Of a stretch of DNA of 51,703 nt, positions 22,760 to 34,497 are shown piece by piece. Each line of letters starts with the position of its first letter. Positions within the stretch are counted from its first letter, which is position 1. The notes beneath the pieces are model-generated. The model ran no database searches and was not told the origin of the DNA. It was given only the letters and a program-made list of their open reading frames with translations. The stretch is from Octopus bimaculoides (Eukaryota): assembly GCF_001194135.2 (NCBI RefSeq), contig NC_068984.1:95715444-95767146 (forward strand). The letters run 5' to 3'. Both the position numbers and the translations under genes were made by a program.

Positions 22760-23480
22760 AAAAAAGAGTTACTTTATCATGATGATCTGTACCAGATATC
22801 AAAATGCTGACATCATGACTACTGCTCACTGCTCTATGAACACTGTAAAGGCTGAAAGATGTGACATGGACAGCTGCAACAGAAACTACAAAGCTGTGGC
22901 CAGCTGGTAGGGACACAGCAGACATTCTAATTGTGTCTGCATGCTGGAATTTATCTCAACATCTGTAAACAGGGCTTTAGGATCAATTCAGATGGCTATG
23001 TGAAGCTGCTGGACCAGCCATCTGACTAGAGAGGGTTGCTGATGGAAGACCATATGTGTGATAGCAGGATTTGGCTCCATGCCATACCACTGGAAAGAAC
23101 AAGTTGTCAGAGAATTCCTATGACTTCACTAGCCCCAATTTCCAGCTTCCTAATTCCTCTGATTGTAATCCCTTGGATTACTATGTGTAGAGCACCGTTA
23201 AGAAAGACACCAACTGCTCCACCTACAACTCTAAGGCCAAATTAATGGCTCAGATCAAGGTGTTCAAAGATGTTCCCAGGGACTCAATGAGGAAAGTATG
23301 TGCCAGGTTCTGGAGCTATTTTGAGGCCATGGTGGAAGCTGAGGGTGGCTACTTTAAGTAAACTGTTATCACCTAGCCATAATCTAGTTGATATCTTTTG
23401 ATTTTTTTTAAATACTTTAGATGGCATATTATGTTTTCATTTCTTTTTATGCAAACTGTCAAACTGAGCCTGATCACTCT
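22760..23480 (+). mobile_element. maT/DD37D-like (Tc1/mariner) transposase relic
   Basis: GRPYV..QDLAPCHT...PNSSDCNPLDYYV...CARFWSYFEAMVEAEGGYF*. Right end atcactctgta resembles a TIR; left TIR not found. Confidence 0.75.
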
Positions 23481-23700
23481 GTATAAGAATACTGAGGTTA
23501 GAATTTCTATACAAAGGTATGAAGTCATAAATTTTAAAGGAAAGGTACCATTGATTAGCAACTTATTTACACTACACTGGAAGGATGAAGTCTATGGAAT
23601 TCAAACTGAGAATGTAAAAAGATGCAACTAAATACTGTAAAGCCTTTAGTCTAACAGTCCCCTGATTCTGAGACCCACAATAATAATTCTAAATACTTAC

Positions 23701-23831
23701 TTGGTTATGGCACTGAAAAGACCTCGTACTTGAGCTCTTATACGGGATACATGAAGTTCAGTGTATAAAACATCTTTGTTGGAAGTGTCCAGATGACCTT
23801 TGATTGTGCCACCAATATTCTGTTGAACCAA
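23701..23831 (-). CDS. UFL1: UFL1 coding exon 5 (131 nt)
   Basis: Acceptor ctttgcAG, donor aa|GTAAGT. Translates LVQQNIGGTIKGHLDTSNKDVLYTELHVSRIRAQVRGLFSAIT(K) versus human ...ARIRGLFSAITR. Confidence 0.96.
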
Positions 23832-24229
23832 CTGCAAAGATAAGTTCATACATTGTCAAAACAGTAATATTTTAAATCATAGTCTATCTGTATTAGCAAT
23901 TGACAATTCAACAAAGTCATTCTTACTCAGAGGTACTCCATTTTTAATGGCATAATTCTAAGTAACAAAAACAGTTAGGCAGAGGACTACTCTTTGTAGA
24001 AGATTCTGACTTAGACACATAACATGCTTTCATATGTAATTAGATATGAGTAGTAATGAACATTATATCCACAACATCACCACTAATAAGATGGAGTGTA
24101 TCTATGTGGTCACTCAACCTGCTACAAATAGAAAACAAACCTATCTGGTAAAGGATATGGAAGCATAAAGATCCTTTGAACAGTTAGAGATTTAGAGATA
24201 TTCTAAATGAAACATTTGAAAACAAGGAG

Positions 24230-25487
24230 GAGAACAGCAGGGAGACATATAACATACAAGACAAGTGGAATATAACATACAAGGGACAACCTACTGTGAG
24301 CTACAGACTAAATCTGTTGCTGGTGCAAAGCTCAAGCCAGACCAAGGATATCATGGTGAAAAACAGGGATGTAGACAGAGCCATTAAAGCAAAGAAGTAA
24401 ACTTGGAAGGATTGGAAGAATGGGGGCAACAGAGAATTATACCAGGTAACTAGAAAAGAAACTAGGCAACAGATCTATTTAGCAAGGGAAGAAGCAGAAA
24501 GGAAGAGGTTTGCTAATGCTGTATGGTGTGAGGACCAGAGATATGGTGTGCTGAACATGGGAGTGAAGTGTATATGGATGGATGATGATACAATTGCACT
24601 CAGTAATTCAGAAAAGAAAAGAGGCATGGAATTGCTATAATGAAAGGATACTAAATGCGGAGAATGAATAGGAGAAAGAAGACTTCCTAATGTAACAGAG
24701 GGAACAGTCATTCTAGTTGTTAGTAGTATGATAGACAAAGTAATTAAAGGCATAAAGACAAGGAAAGCCCCTGGTCCATTAGGAACTACTGCTGAATGTT
24801 TAAATTATCTGGCATAGTGGGATATGGCCTAATACCTTGTATAGATTGTAAGGGAAAGTACCATACCAAACAGCTAGTGTAGCAGCAACATAGTCAACTG
24901 TTACAAGGGTAAAGGAGATGCCTTAAAGACAGTTAGAGGTTATGGACCAGGTCATGAAAGTTACTAAAAGAGTTATAGTTCAATTAAGTTCAATGAAGTG
25001 CAGTTTGGTTTCATGCTGGGGAGAAATACTAATGATTACTTGTTCTAGTAAGACAGCTGCAAAAGAAGTGTTTAGCTAAAACTAAACTGCTGTACTTGGC
25101 ATTCATCAACCTGAAGAAAGGCTTTGACAGGGTTCCTAACGTTCTAATCTAGTGATTGTTACAGAAGCTAGAAATAGATGGATGGTTGGTGAGAGCTTTT
25201 CAAGCCATGTACAGGGATGCCGTCAGTAAGGTGAGAGTTATCAATGAGTACAGAGATAAATTTAGTGCATAGGCAGGAGTTCACCAAGGTTTGGTTATCA
25301 GTCCCTTCCTATTTATCATAGTCCTCTTGATCGTAACAGAGGGGTTTAAGACTGGTTGTCCATGGAAACTCTTCTATGATGATGACAATGCTTTTATAGC
25401 TGAATCTGTAGTAGAATTAGAAAAAGAATTCCAGGTGTGGAAACAAAACCTGGAACTGAAGGCCCTTAAAATAAACTTAGGGCATGG
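24230..25487 (+). mobile_element. Degenerate RTE LINE fragment (linker and RT), truncated at both ends
   Basis: DVDRAIKAKK..WKDWKNGG, VQFGFMLGRNT, AFINLKKGFDRVP, GVHQGLVISPFLF, WKLFYDDD, WKQNLELKALKINL. Confidence 0.88.
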
Positions 25488-28345
25488 GACTTCCTCACAC
25501 AACTGTCCTCATCCATACACAACACATGACCATACCAGCACAATCGTCTCCCTTGCACACCACATTTGATGCTTCTTATGTCCAACTTTTCTTTCAGGGT
25601 GCTCACACTCCGTCGTGTATGCACACTGACATTACACATCCAGCAGACCATACTAGCTTCATTTCTTTCAAGCCTATGCATGTCTTCGGCAATCATGGCC
25701 CATGTTTCACTGCCATGTAGCATGGCAGTTCACACACATGCATCATATAGTCTACCTTTCATCCTGAGAAAGAGGCGCTTAGTTGCCAGCAGAGGTAGTT
25801 GCCTTCTGAATTTTGCCCAGGCTATTCTTATTCTAGCTGCTACACCCTCAGAGCAACCATCCCCACTACAGACTTGGTTGCATAGGTAACAGAAGCTATC
25901 AACTACTTCTAGTCTTTCTCTTGACATGTGATAGAATCTGTTTTCTGTACATCTTCAGTGTTTATTGCCCCTGTACATCTGCCACACACAAAAACTATCT
26001 TCCCAGTTAACCTTCTTTTGATACTGCTGCACCTTTTATGTGTCCATAGCTTAGACTGGGTACTGCGTATGGAGTTTCTACCTACACCTCTTCTTCAGAT
26101 CGAGCAGGGCCATCTACCTGAAGGGGTTTCTGATTTGTCAGCCTTCCTATTTGCTAAGACTTTGGTTTTTGCTAGGTTAACTATAAGGCCCTTCGATTCT
26201 AGACCTTGCTTCCATACCCTAAACTTCATCTCTACTTCTGGTAGTGACTTGGCTATTAGATCAAGGTCATCAGCATAGAGGAGCTCCCAAGGCCAGTGTG
26301 TCTTGAATTCCTCTGTTATTGCCTGGAGGACTATGATGAAGAAGAGGGGGATGAGGACTGATCCCTGGTGAAACTCTACTGCTACCCGGAATTCTTGAAT
26401 ATACTCATTGTCAACCCTCACCTTACTGACAGCATCCCTGTACAGCTCTTACCAACCACTCATCTATCCTCAGTTTCCGCATTGATCACCAGATAAGGGA
26501 TCGGGGGACCCTGTCAAAGGCTTTCTCCAAGTCAACAAAAGCCAAGTATAGGGGTTTATCTTTGGTTAGGTATTTCTCCTGCAGTTGCCTTACCAGAAAC
26601 ATAGCATCAGTGGTGCTTCTACCTAGCACAAAACCAAACTGCATCTCATCTAAGCTAACTCTCTCCCTAACTAATTGGGTTATGACCCTCTCTGTAACTT
26701 TCATCACCTGACCCAATAATTTTATACCCCTGTAGTTATTTTTATCTAAAGCATCACCATTACCTTTGTAACAGTTGACTATGGTGCCGCTAAACCAGTG
26801 ATTGAGTATGACTCCTTCATGAACCACCTGATTTACGACGCAGGTGACAAGACCATAACCAACACCACCCAATAGCTTAAGCATCTCAGCGGTGATTCCT
26901 GATGGGCTAGATGCTTTCCTTGTCTTCATATCCTTAATTGCTTTATCTACCATGGTACTGTCAATTCGGGTAGCTTGTCCCTCAATTGGGTCAACCTTTG
27001 ACAGACTCTCCTCCTCCCGTTCATTCTCCACATTCAAATCTTTCATAACGGCATCTCCAAGCCTCTTTCTTTGCAGAATCATTAAATACAAGGGTACCAT
27101 CATCCAGGCAGACACATTTCTCTCCTATGACATCACGGTTTTCTCTCACACACTGTCTTGCAATCCGAAATACTTCAGTTCTTTGGTACTCATGTTGCTG
27201 AACATTAGCAAATGTCTTCTTTTCTGCTAATCCCTTGGCTATATATACCTATCTCTTCACTTCCCTTTTGGCTATCTGATACAGTCCCCTGCTACCTCCA
27301 TTCTTCCAGGCCTGTTTCTTTGCTCTAATGGCCCTGTCTATTGTACTGTTCCACCACCATGGTACTCTAGATCTGGAAGGGACTTTGCACCAGCCACAGA
27401 TTTGGTCTGTGACACTCAGCAAGCTGTCCCACAGGAATTTCTAGCTCCTCCTCCCTATCATCAAATTTCTCAGTAAGGATATCCCTAAATCTCTGACCAT
27501 GTGAAGGGTTCTTAAGCTTCCAAGTCCTTCTTTTCCAAATTGGTCTGCTTTTTGGCATCAGTCTGGCCTCGAGTCTAAAGTCATTAATAACTAGTCTATG
27601 CTGAAGGGTACATTCTTTACCAGGAAGGGTCTTTGTATTTGAGAGCAACCATGCATCCCACTGTCTGGGGAGAATAAAATTAATCTGGCTAGCAGAGTCA
27701 CCTGATTGATAGGTTATAAGGTGGCTGGCTGGTTTCCTGAAGTTGGTGTTGCAGATCAATAGGTTATTTGTATTTCAGAACTCCATGAGCCTTGTTCCCT
27801 CTTCATTTCTGGTACCAACTCCATGGTCCACATATACACCATGGGAGATACCAGCTTGCTGTCCAACATGCCCATTAAAATCTCCAGCCACAAAGATGAG
27901 ATCATTGTCACCCATCTTTGAGGTAGCCTGCAGAAGAATATCATAAAAGTGATCCTCCTGTTCATTCGGTAGGCCCTCTTGTGGAGCATAGGCAGAGATA
28001 ATTGTAGCTATACCATTCTGCAAGACTAGCCTGAGTTTAAGTACTCTATTGCACACCCTCACTACCTCTATGACCTTATCCACCCATTTCTCTACAAGAA
28101 GTATGTCCACACCCCCTATGCCATCACTGTTACCTTCCCAGAAGAGTCTATACCTATGTGCTTTGCCTGTCAGAACTCTGGCTGAAGCTCCTCTCCACCT
28201 TACCTCTTATATGCAACATACATCAACACATCTCCGTTCAAGCATCTCTACAATCTCACTAGAGCTACCTTTCAATGTGCCTACATTTACAGGGCCAACT
28301 CTGAAAACTGGGAAAGAGATATGGGAAGTAACACAGGAAGAGATG
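25484..28345 (-). mobile_element. Near-full-length RTE LINE (APE, RT, Zn finger), 3'-truncated and degenerate
   Basis: APE: NVGTLKG, IISAYAPQ, VAGDFNGHVG. RT: NYRGIKLL, MQFGFV, FVDLEKAFDRVPR, HQGSVLIP, LLYADDL. Post-RT WPCSIC...HKRC, and LCWYGHV. Confidence 0.93.
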
Positions 28346-28574
28346 TTATTCAGCACCTGAAAAGAAGGTTCCCGTGATCATTTGGTAACAGATGTCATAA
28401 TAGTTGTTCTTGCTTTTAATGTTCTGTCATTCAAACATGTTAGAATTAAGGTTGTTGATTCCATTGGGGGATGGAAATAAGGAAGCACTGTATATAAAAG
28501 TGTTTGGAGCATTGTAAATATAAGCATTATGAGCATTGTGGATGTAAGCATTACCAATGCTGCAGATATAAAAA

Positions 28575-28755
28575 GTCAAAAAAAGAGTGAGAGAGAATGA
28601 GGGAGAGAGAGAGAGAGAGACAAAGAGAGAGAGAGAAAGAAAGAAAGAGAGAGAAAGAGAAAGAGAGAAAGAAAGAGAGAAAGAAAGAGAGAGAGAGAAA
28701 GAAAGAGAGAGAGAGAAAGAAAGAGAGAGAGAGAAAGAAAGAGAGAAAGAGGTAG
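28575..28755. repeat. (GA)n/(GAAA)n polypurine microsatellite
   Basis: Read directly from the sequence. Confidence 0.95.
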
Positions 28756-28946
28756 AAGTATAAATATGCCAATGTTAAATAGGGTCAGTGGGCTGCTATC
28801 TGTTTTAGTTAGTCCAGAGACGGGGAGAGAAAGGAAAGGGTGGAGAGATTACCAATATAAGAGAGGGATAGAGGGGAAGGGTAATTGGATGTCTGGTAAG
28901 AGAAATGAGATTTCCGGTATTGGTGGTGGGGGCAGGAGAGTATAAA

Positions 28947-29683
28947 CTGATAAAAGTCTGAGATGGGGGTGGGGGAACAGGTGCGGAGGTGACAGCCGGA
29001 AATGGATGAAGATGGCAGATTTCGCCCTACAGAGTAAGAGAAATAGCAATTAGTAGCCACTGCAACCAGGAACAAGAGAGATACGTACAGAAAGGAAATT
29101 ATTTTAGAGAACGGTACGTAATATGTATATATATATGTAGTCAAGAAACAAGGAAAGGATTATTTTAGAGAGAGAGATTATAATTTGGAAGTTATTTGAT
29201 GAATTAATATAAATGTTTACAGTTAACGAAAGCAACCACAAACAAGAGAGAGTCGTTTTAGGGAGCAGAGCAAACAAGAAAGAATTATTTTAGAGAAAAA
29301 TATGAAATATGTATATACGTGTAGCCAAGAAACAAGGTTAGTCATTTTGGAGGGCAGAACAAACCAGAAGGAATTATTTTAGAGAATAGTACGAAATATG
29401 TATACATATGTAGCCAAGAAAAAAGGTTAGTAATGTTGTGAGTTAGATGGATCTGAATGAATGAGGTGATTAAAAACAAGAGAAATTCTTAGCTTAGCTG
29501 TGCATATTTTCGGGTGTCACAAAATGGCAAAACATATGGAATGAACTGATGAAAGTCTGAGATGGGTGGGGGAGGAACAGGTGTGGAGGCATTAGCCAGA
29601 AATGGACGAAGAATGCAGATTTCACCCTAGGGAGTAAGAGAAATAGCAGTAAGTAGCCATTGCAACCAGGAACAAGAGAGATA
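28947..29683. repeat. Two ~135-bp direct repeats enclosing a short ~89-bp tandem array; family unassigned
   Basis: ctgata/tgaaagtctgagatggg...gcaaccaggaacaagagagata at 28947-29083 and 29546-29683. gaattattttagagaa...gtagccaagaaa units lie between them. Confidence 0.8.
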
Positions 29684-29689
29684 TGATAT

Positions 29690-29846
29690 ATACACAATGG
29701 GCTTCTTTCAGTTTCCGTCTACCAAATCCACTCACAAGACCCAAGACTATAGTAGAAGACACTTGCCCAAGGTACCACGCAGTGGAACTGAACCTAGAAC
29801 CATGTGGTTGGGAAGCAAGCTTCTTTCCATGCAGCCACTCCTGCAC

Positions 29847-29850
<4 letters not shown>
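29690..29850 (-). mobile_element. OR2-like SINE head
   Basis: gggcttctttcagtttccgtctaccaaatccactcacaag...gtagaagacacttgcccaaggt...accatgtggttgggaagc. Confidence 0.85.
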
Positions 29851-29891
<41 letters not shown>

Positions 29892-29901
29892 NNNNNNNNN
29901 N

Positions 29902-29935
<34 letters not shown>

Positions 29936-29940
<5 letters not shown>

Positions 29941-31247
29941 TCTGATTAATGAATATCTGGGCTGTTGCCACAGTAATGAAGCTAAAACACACAGAGTGAA
30001 GCCGTTTGGCACAGATTGACCTTGAACTCTGCTGTGCATGCACACTAAGTTTTAACATTCTAGCTTACTTCTACTGTTCACAGCAGTGCTTGGAAGGAAG
30101 ATGTGTAGCATGTGATTGTTGCATTCGAGACCTTTGGAAATGTGCTGTGCGTGAGAAGACCCGGCAAGCCAAGTAAGATCGTTGCCAGTGCCCCTGGACT
30201 GGTTCTTGTGCGGGTGGCACATGAGATGCACCATTTTGAGCGTGGCCATTGCCAGTACCGCCTGACTGGCTCCCGTAGGATTTTCGAGCGAGATCGTTGC
30301 CAGTGCCCCTGGACTGGCTTGTGCGGGTGGCACATAAAAGACACCATTTCGAGCGTGGCCGTTTTCGTGCGGGTGACACGTAAAAGCACCAACTACACTC
30401 TCTGAGTGGTTGGCGTTAGGAAGGGCATCCAGCTGTAGAAACTCTGCCAAATTAGACTGGAGCCTGGTGTTGCCATCCGGTTTCACCAGTCCTCAGTCAA
30501 ATCGTCCAACCCATGCTAGCATGGAGAGCGGACGTTAAACGATGATGATGATGATGATGATTACAGAGAAAGTTGAGCAGAGAATCTGCCAAAAGCTTGG
30601 CAATACCTGCTCGGAGGCCTATGCAAAGTTTTCAAAAAGTTTTCATTGTTCTCAACACAATCAAGGACATCTTGTGCTACTGAAACATGAGTGTCTTTTT
30701 GGACAGCTGAAGGCAGTTTTGGCACAAACTTGGCAGACACGTGTCTCATACCCAAATCTTCAGTGATAATGGACTGAACTGAACCATAACTAATCTGCAC
30801 ATCCTCTGATAACTCACAGATGGTGATTCAACAGTTTCTCCTCACAGCTGCATGCACATCTGTGATGTTTTACTCAGTTCTGCTAGTTGCGGGTCTCCCA
30901 GAATGTTTGTCAATATCGACATTTTTTCAGTCATCTTAGAAACATCCGAACCATTTGTACACTTGTGTGTGGCTCATACACTCCTCTCTATACGCTTTCT
31001 GCAACTTTGTGTAGGCTTCTGAGTAGGTATCGTCATGACAACTTTCTCTGTAATAATCAATGCGATGATCACACACTGCACATGTTCCTCTCAAGCACTG
31101 CTGTAAACAGCAGAAGTGAGCTAGAACGTTAAAACTTAGTGCGCAGGCACAGCAGAGTTCAAGGACAATGTTTGCCAAGCAGTTTCACTCTGTATGCTTT
31201 ATCATCATTACTATGGCAGCAGTCCGGATACTTATTGATCAGACCTC

Positions 31248-31248
<1 letters not shown>
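29936..31248. mobile_element. Foldback mariner derivative made of two 5' halves joined tail-to-tail
   Basis: Both ends carry the same TIR and 5' region, (c)gaggtctgatcaataagtatccggactg. Left arm reads KVEQRICQKLGNTCSEAYAK on +. Right arm reads the transposase N-terminus on - (SHTQVYKWF, SGRP, SVQSIITEDLGMRHVSAKFVPK). Confidence 0.85.
30126..30560 (+). mobile_element. 5'-truncated RTE LINE inserted in the left mariner arm
   Basis: RDLWKCAVREKTRQAK*, short UTR variant and (GAT)n tail. Confidence 0.9.
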
Positions 31249-31296
<48 letters not shown>

Positions 31297-31455
31297 CATA
31301 TAACAGAGGTGAGGACCAAAATCCTTCAAAGGGATGTCAAACATCCATGTCCACCTGTACAGTCCAAGTAAAGAATATATATAAAAAATATATACTCAGA
31401 ATTTACCAAAACAATAAATGAAGTATAAGGAAAGGAAAAAATTGTAGGTGTATAT

Positions 31456-32928
31456 GATCTTTAATTCATAATCCAGGTAGGTACAGATCCAATATAAATT
31501 CTACAAATTGTTTCAGAGTCTGATTAATTCCAAAGACATAAACAAAAAACTCTTCTTTGAATAAAAAATTAGATTCTTTGTCAGAAATTACATATGAATA
31601 ATTACGACCAACAAAAATATTAAAAGACCTTTCATAGCCCAGACGGGAAGGAACAAATAAAATAGAATGAAAAATAACTAGAACGCCAGACTGTTCAAAA
31701 CCAGAAAAATATATATAAAAAAACCGCTCTAGCATTTTATTAATGTTACAATTTACAATATGTAAATATCTAGTAAAGACAAATAAATTTAATGAAACAA
31801 AAATAGCTACAAAAATAATAGGGTTGTCTAAATTAAAAATTAATAACTACAAACTGATATATTATCCACTACAGAGTATTAAATGTCCAAATTCAAAGTT
31901 AATATGGTAATATCAAACGAAAATAAAAATAAAAAGAGAAAGCAATTCTTTTATTTATAAAATAGCCACCTACAAGTAAAACAGTAGAATGGAGAAAAGG
32001 AAAGAGTAGTATCAGTGAAGGGAGAGGCGAGAAAATAGTAATACAGTGAAGGAGAGGTAGTGAAAATAATAGCCATGACTGAAAGAGTAAGAGAAAGTAA
32101 TCGCTGTTTGAGAAGGAAGAATGTTGAGTGTATCCTCTGTTTTCAACATATGAGAAAGGAAGGGGCAAATAGAATAATAAAGAAGGAAGGGGGTGAAAAA
32201 ACAGCCATTCAGCTATGTATGTGTATATGTGTGTGTGTATGAAAAAGGGAGGTATGTGAATGTTTGTGTGTGTATGTGTGTGCATAATAGAAATAGGATG
32301 GTGAACATACAATGCTGAAAATAAAAACTAACAGCATTCTGTTTGAGTATATGTGCGTATGCATATGCTTGGGAAGTATGTGAATGGTTGTATGTGATTA
32401 TTCTGTACCTCATTTAAATAACAATTAGCCATCATTATAAATGGCACAGGGTCAGCTAAAAAATAAATAGAAATATCAAAACAGTTGTAAGATAATTGAA
32501 AGAATTAAAAGTAAAAATCCACTGTCTCACAATCACAGATGAACCAAAATTAAAACACTCACAATATTATCCTAAAAATTAAATTAAAAATTAAAAAAAA
32601 AAACAATGTGAGAGGAACCAACTTGAGTAGTAAATACAAAGGGTGAAACAGAAATTATCAAACTCTCAAAAACCACTAAATCAAAATAAAACCATATAGG
32701 ATAAAACACCTGTAATAGGCATCCTTATTTAAAATTTTTAAACACACATTTATTCCTATGAACACAGAAAAAACCCTTTTAGATTTAGAGTTTAGCAACC
32801 TTCTAGAGAATAAAGCCAAAAATAATTCCTCAGAACAAAGAGAGCAGGACTTATTTTTGTCTTTGGAATTAATTAGACTCTGAAACAATTTGTAGATCTG
32901 TACCAACCTGAATTATAAATTAAAGATC
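31456..32928. mobile_element. AT-rich segment bounded by ~70-80-bp inverted repeats, possibly Penelope-derived
   Basis: 31456-31538 is the reverse complement of 32858-32928. Minus-strand CSLCSEE...LLNSKS resembles the Penelope GIY-YIG C-terminus. Confidence 0.55.
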
Positions 32929-33002
32929 GTCTAAACCGACAACTTTTTCCTTCCCTTATACTTCATATATATATATATATATATATAAATATATATATAT
33001 AT

Positions 33003-33160
33003 ACATCATCAACATCGTTTAACATCCGCCTTCCATGCTGGCATGGGTTGGACAGTTTGACAAGAATAGGACAAGGCAGGAGCCTGCACCAGACTTCTGT
33101 GCCTGTTTTGGCAGGGTTTTATGGCTGGATGTCCTTCCTAACACCAATCACCTAGCAGAA
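33003..33160 (-). mobile_element. RTE-type 3' tail fragment
   Basis: catcatcaacatcgtttaacatccgccttccatgctggcatgggttggac...ggatgtccttcctaacacc. Confidence 0.8.
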
Positions 33161-33427
33161 TGGACTCTTGGTCATAAAAGGATATATATATATCTTGAAT
33201 GGGATTAGGAGCGAGTCATCTTGCTTGTCTTAACACTTAGTGCTTTGAGGGATTCATCCCCACTGTGTTAACTGCAGGGCACTTGCAAACAAGCAAAACA
33301 CATACATTGAGTATGTGCAGTCAATAATGTTTACAAAACTAGTGCTGCTTCTAATTCATAATTGAATATATATATTTATATATATATAAAACAGTATATC
33401 TGACAACATAGAAAGAAAGTAACTTAC

Positions 33428-33542
33428 CGATGTGATAAAGTTTTTGGGTAAATCATAATGTAGAACAAGATCAGTCAACAAAACATGGCCCTTTTCTTGT
33501 AACTTCTCATCGATCTCTTCTGCTATATATTCTTTGTAGTTA
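33428..33542 (-). CDS. UFL1: UFL1 coding exon 4 (115 nt)
   Basis: Acceptor tttccaAG (AAG type), donor tcg|GTAAGT. Translates NYKEYIAEEIDEKLQEKGHVLLTDLVLHYDLPKNFITS versus human NYLDRLAEEVNDKLQESG...YDLPGNFLTQ. Confidence 0.95.
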
Positions 33543-33729
33543 CTTGGAAATTTTACATTTAAAAATTTTAAAAAAATGAAGTTAAACAATCAATATATGC
33601 ATATTGACAATGAAAATAACTGCATTGAGTACTTGAATTATTGTAGCTAATAAATATTTACTGATGAAGGTTAAATATTGAGAAGGGGGGGAGAGAGAGA
33701 GAGGATGGGTTTTCAGGACCTAAATTTAA

Positions 33730-34240
33730 ACACAGGCCATACTGTAAGCCAAATGAAAAACTTAGGTAGATACACAAACGGCCTGACCACCTATCATCTT
33801 TAAAAATGTTATTACTAATATTAGTAATGCGATATCGAACCTTTCTTTCTCTAAAATAAGGCAGCCTTCTATCAAAATAGTGCCCTAGTCAGTATTTGCT
33901 TTAAAGAGAACTTATTAGATACTCTGACCCAAACAAGAACCAAACCTAAAAATAAACCTAGGAAATTTATACAGCACACTGCCTTTCTCATTCAATATTA
34001 GGAGAATGAAGGTAAAAAATTCCTAGTCCTGCTAAATATTTTCTTTATAACCATAGGTATAAGAAAATCTTCAATAGTTGTTTTGTGAAAGTTTCCTACA
34101 GCTGGAACCCTAACATGAAAATCCTCATTTCTTTTAAGTTAACGAAGGTGCTAATTCCAGACTGCAACTTCAGGAACCCAGATACTTTTCAAAGAGACCA
34201 GGCATGCATAGTTACCTCATGTCTATTCGGTCAAATACAG
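33730..34240 (+). mobile_element. Penelope-like element fragment (RT thumb/linker to start of GIY-YIG)
   Basis: HRPYCKPNEKL..IHK..DH, NHRYKKIFN..VKVSYSWNPNMK, DCNFRNPDT...C. Cut by an OR2-like SINE. Confidence 0.8.
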
Positions 34241-34254
34241 AGACCAAAAGAAAA

Positions 34255-34464
34255 AAAATACATACTCTTTTACTTGTTTCAGTCAATTGACTGTCGCCAT
34301 GCTGGAGCACTGCCTTTAGTCGAAGAAATCGACCCCAGGATTTATTCTTTGTAAAGCCTAGTACTTATTCTATCAGTCTCTCTTGCCGAACCGCTAAGTT
34401 ACGGGGATGTAAACACACCAGCATTGGTTGTCAAGCGATGTTGGGGACAAACACAGACACAAAA

Positions 34465-34497
<33 letters not shown>
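34255..34497 (-). mobile_element. OR2-like SINE 3' module, running into an assembly gap
   Basis: Reverse complement of 20440-20650. Confidence 0.85.

Noticed and set aside
29140-31345. Degenerate hammerhead-like strings (ttgatga-attaa...ttaac-gaaag at about 29177; gtgaggac-caaa-atcc at about 31308)
   Set aside because: The catalytic core is mismatched and stems I/III are not evident. A covariance-model search would be needed before any claim.
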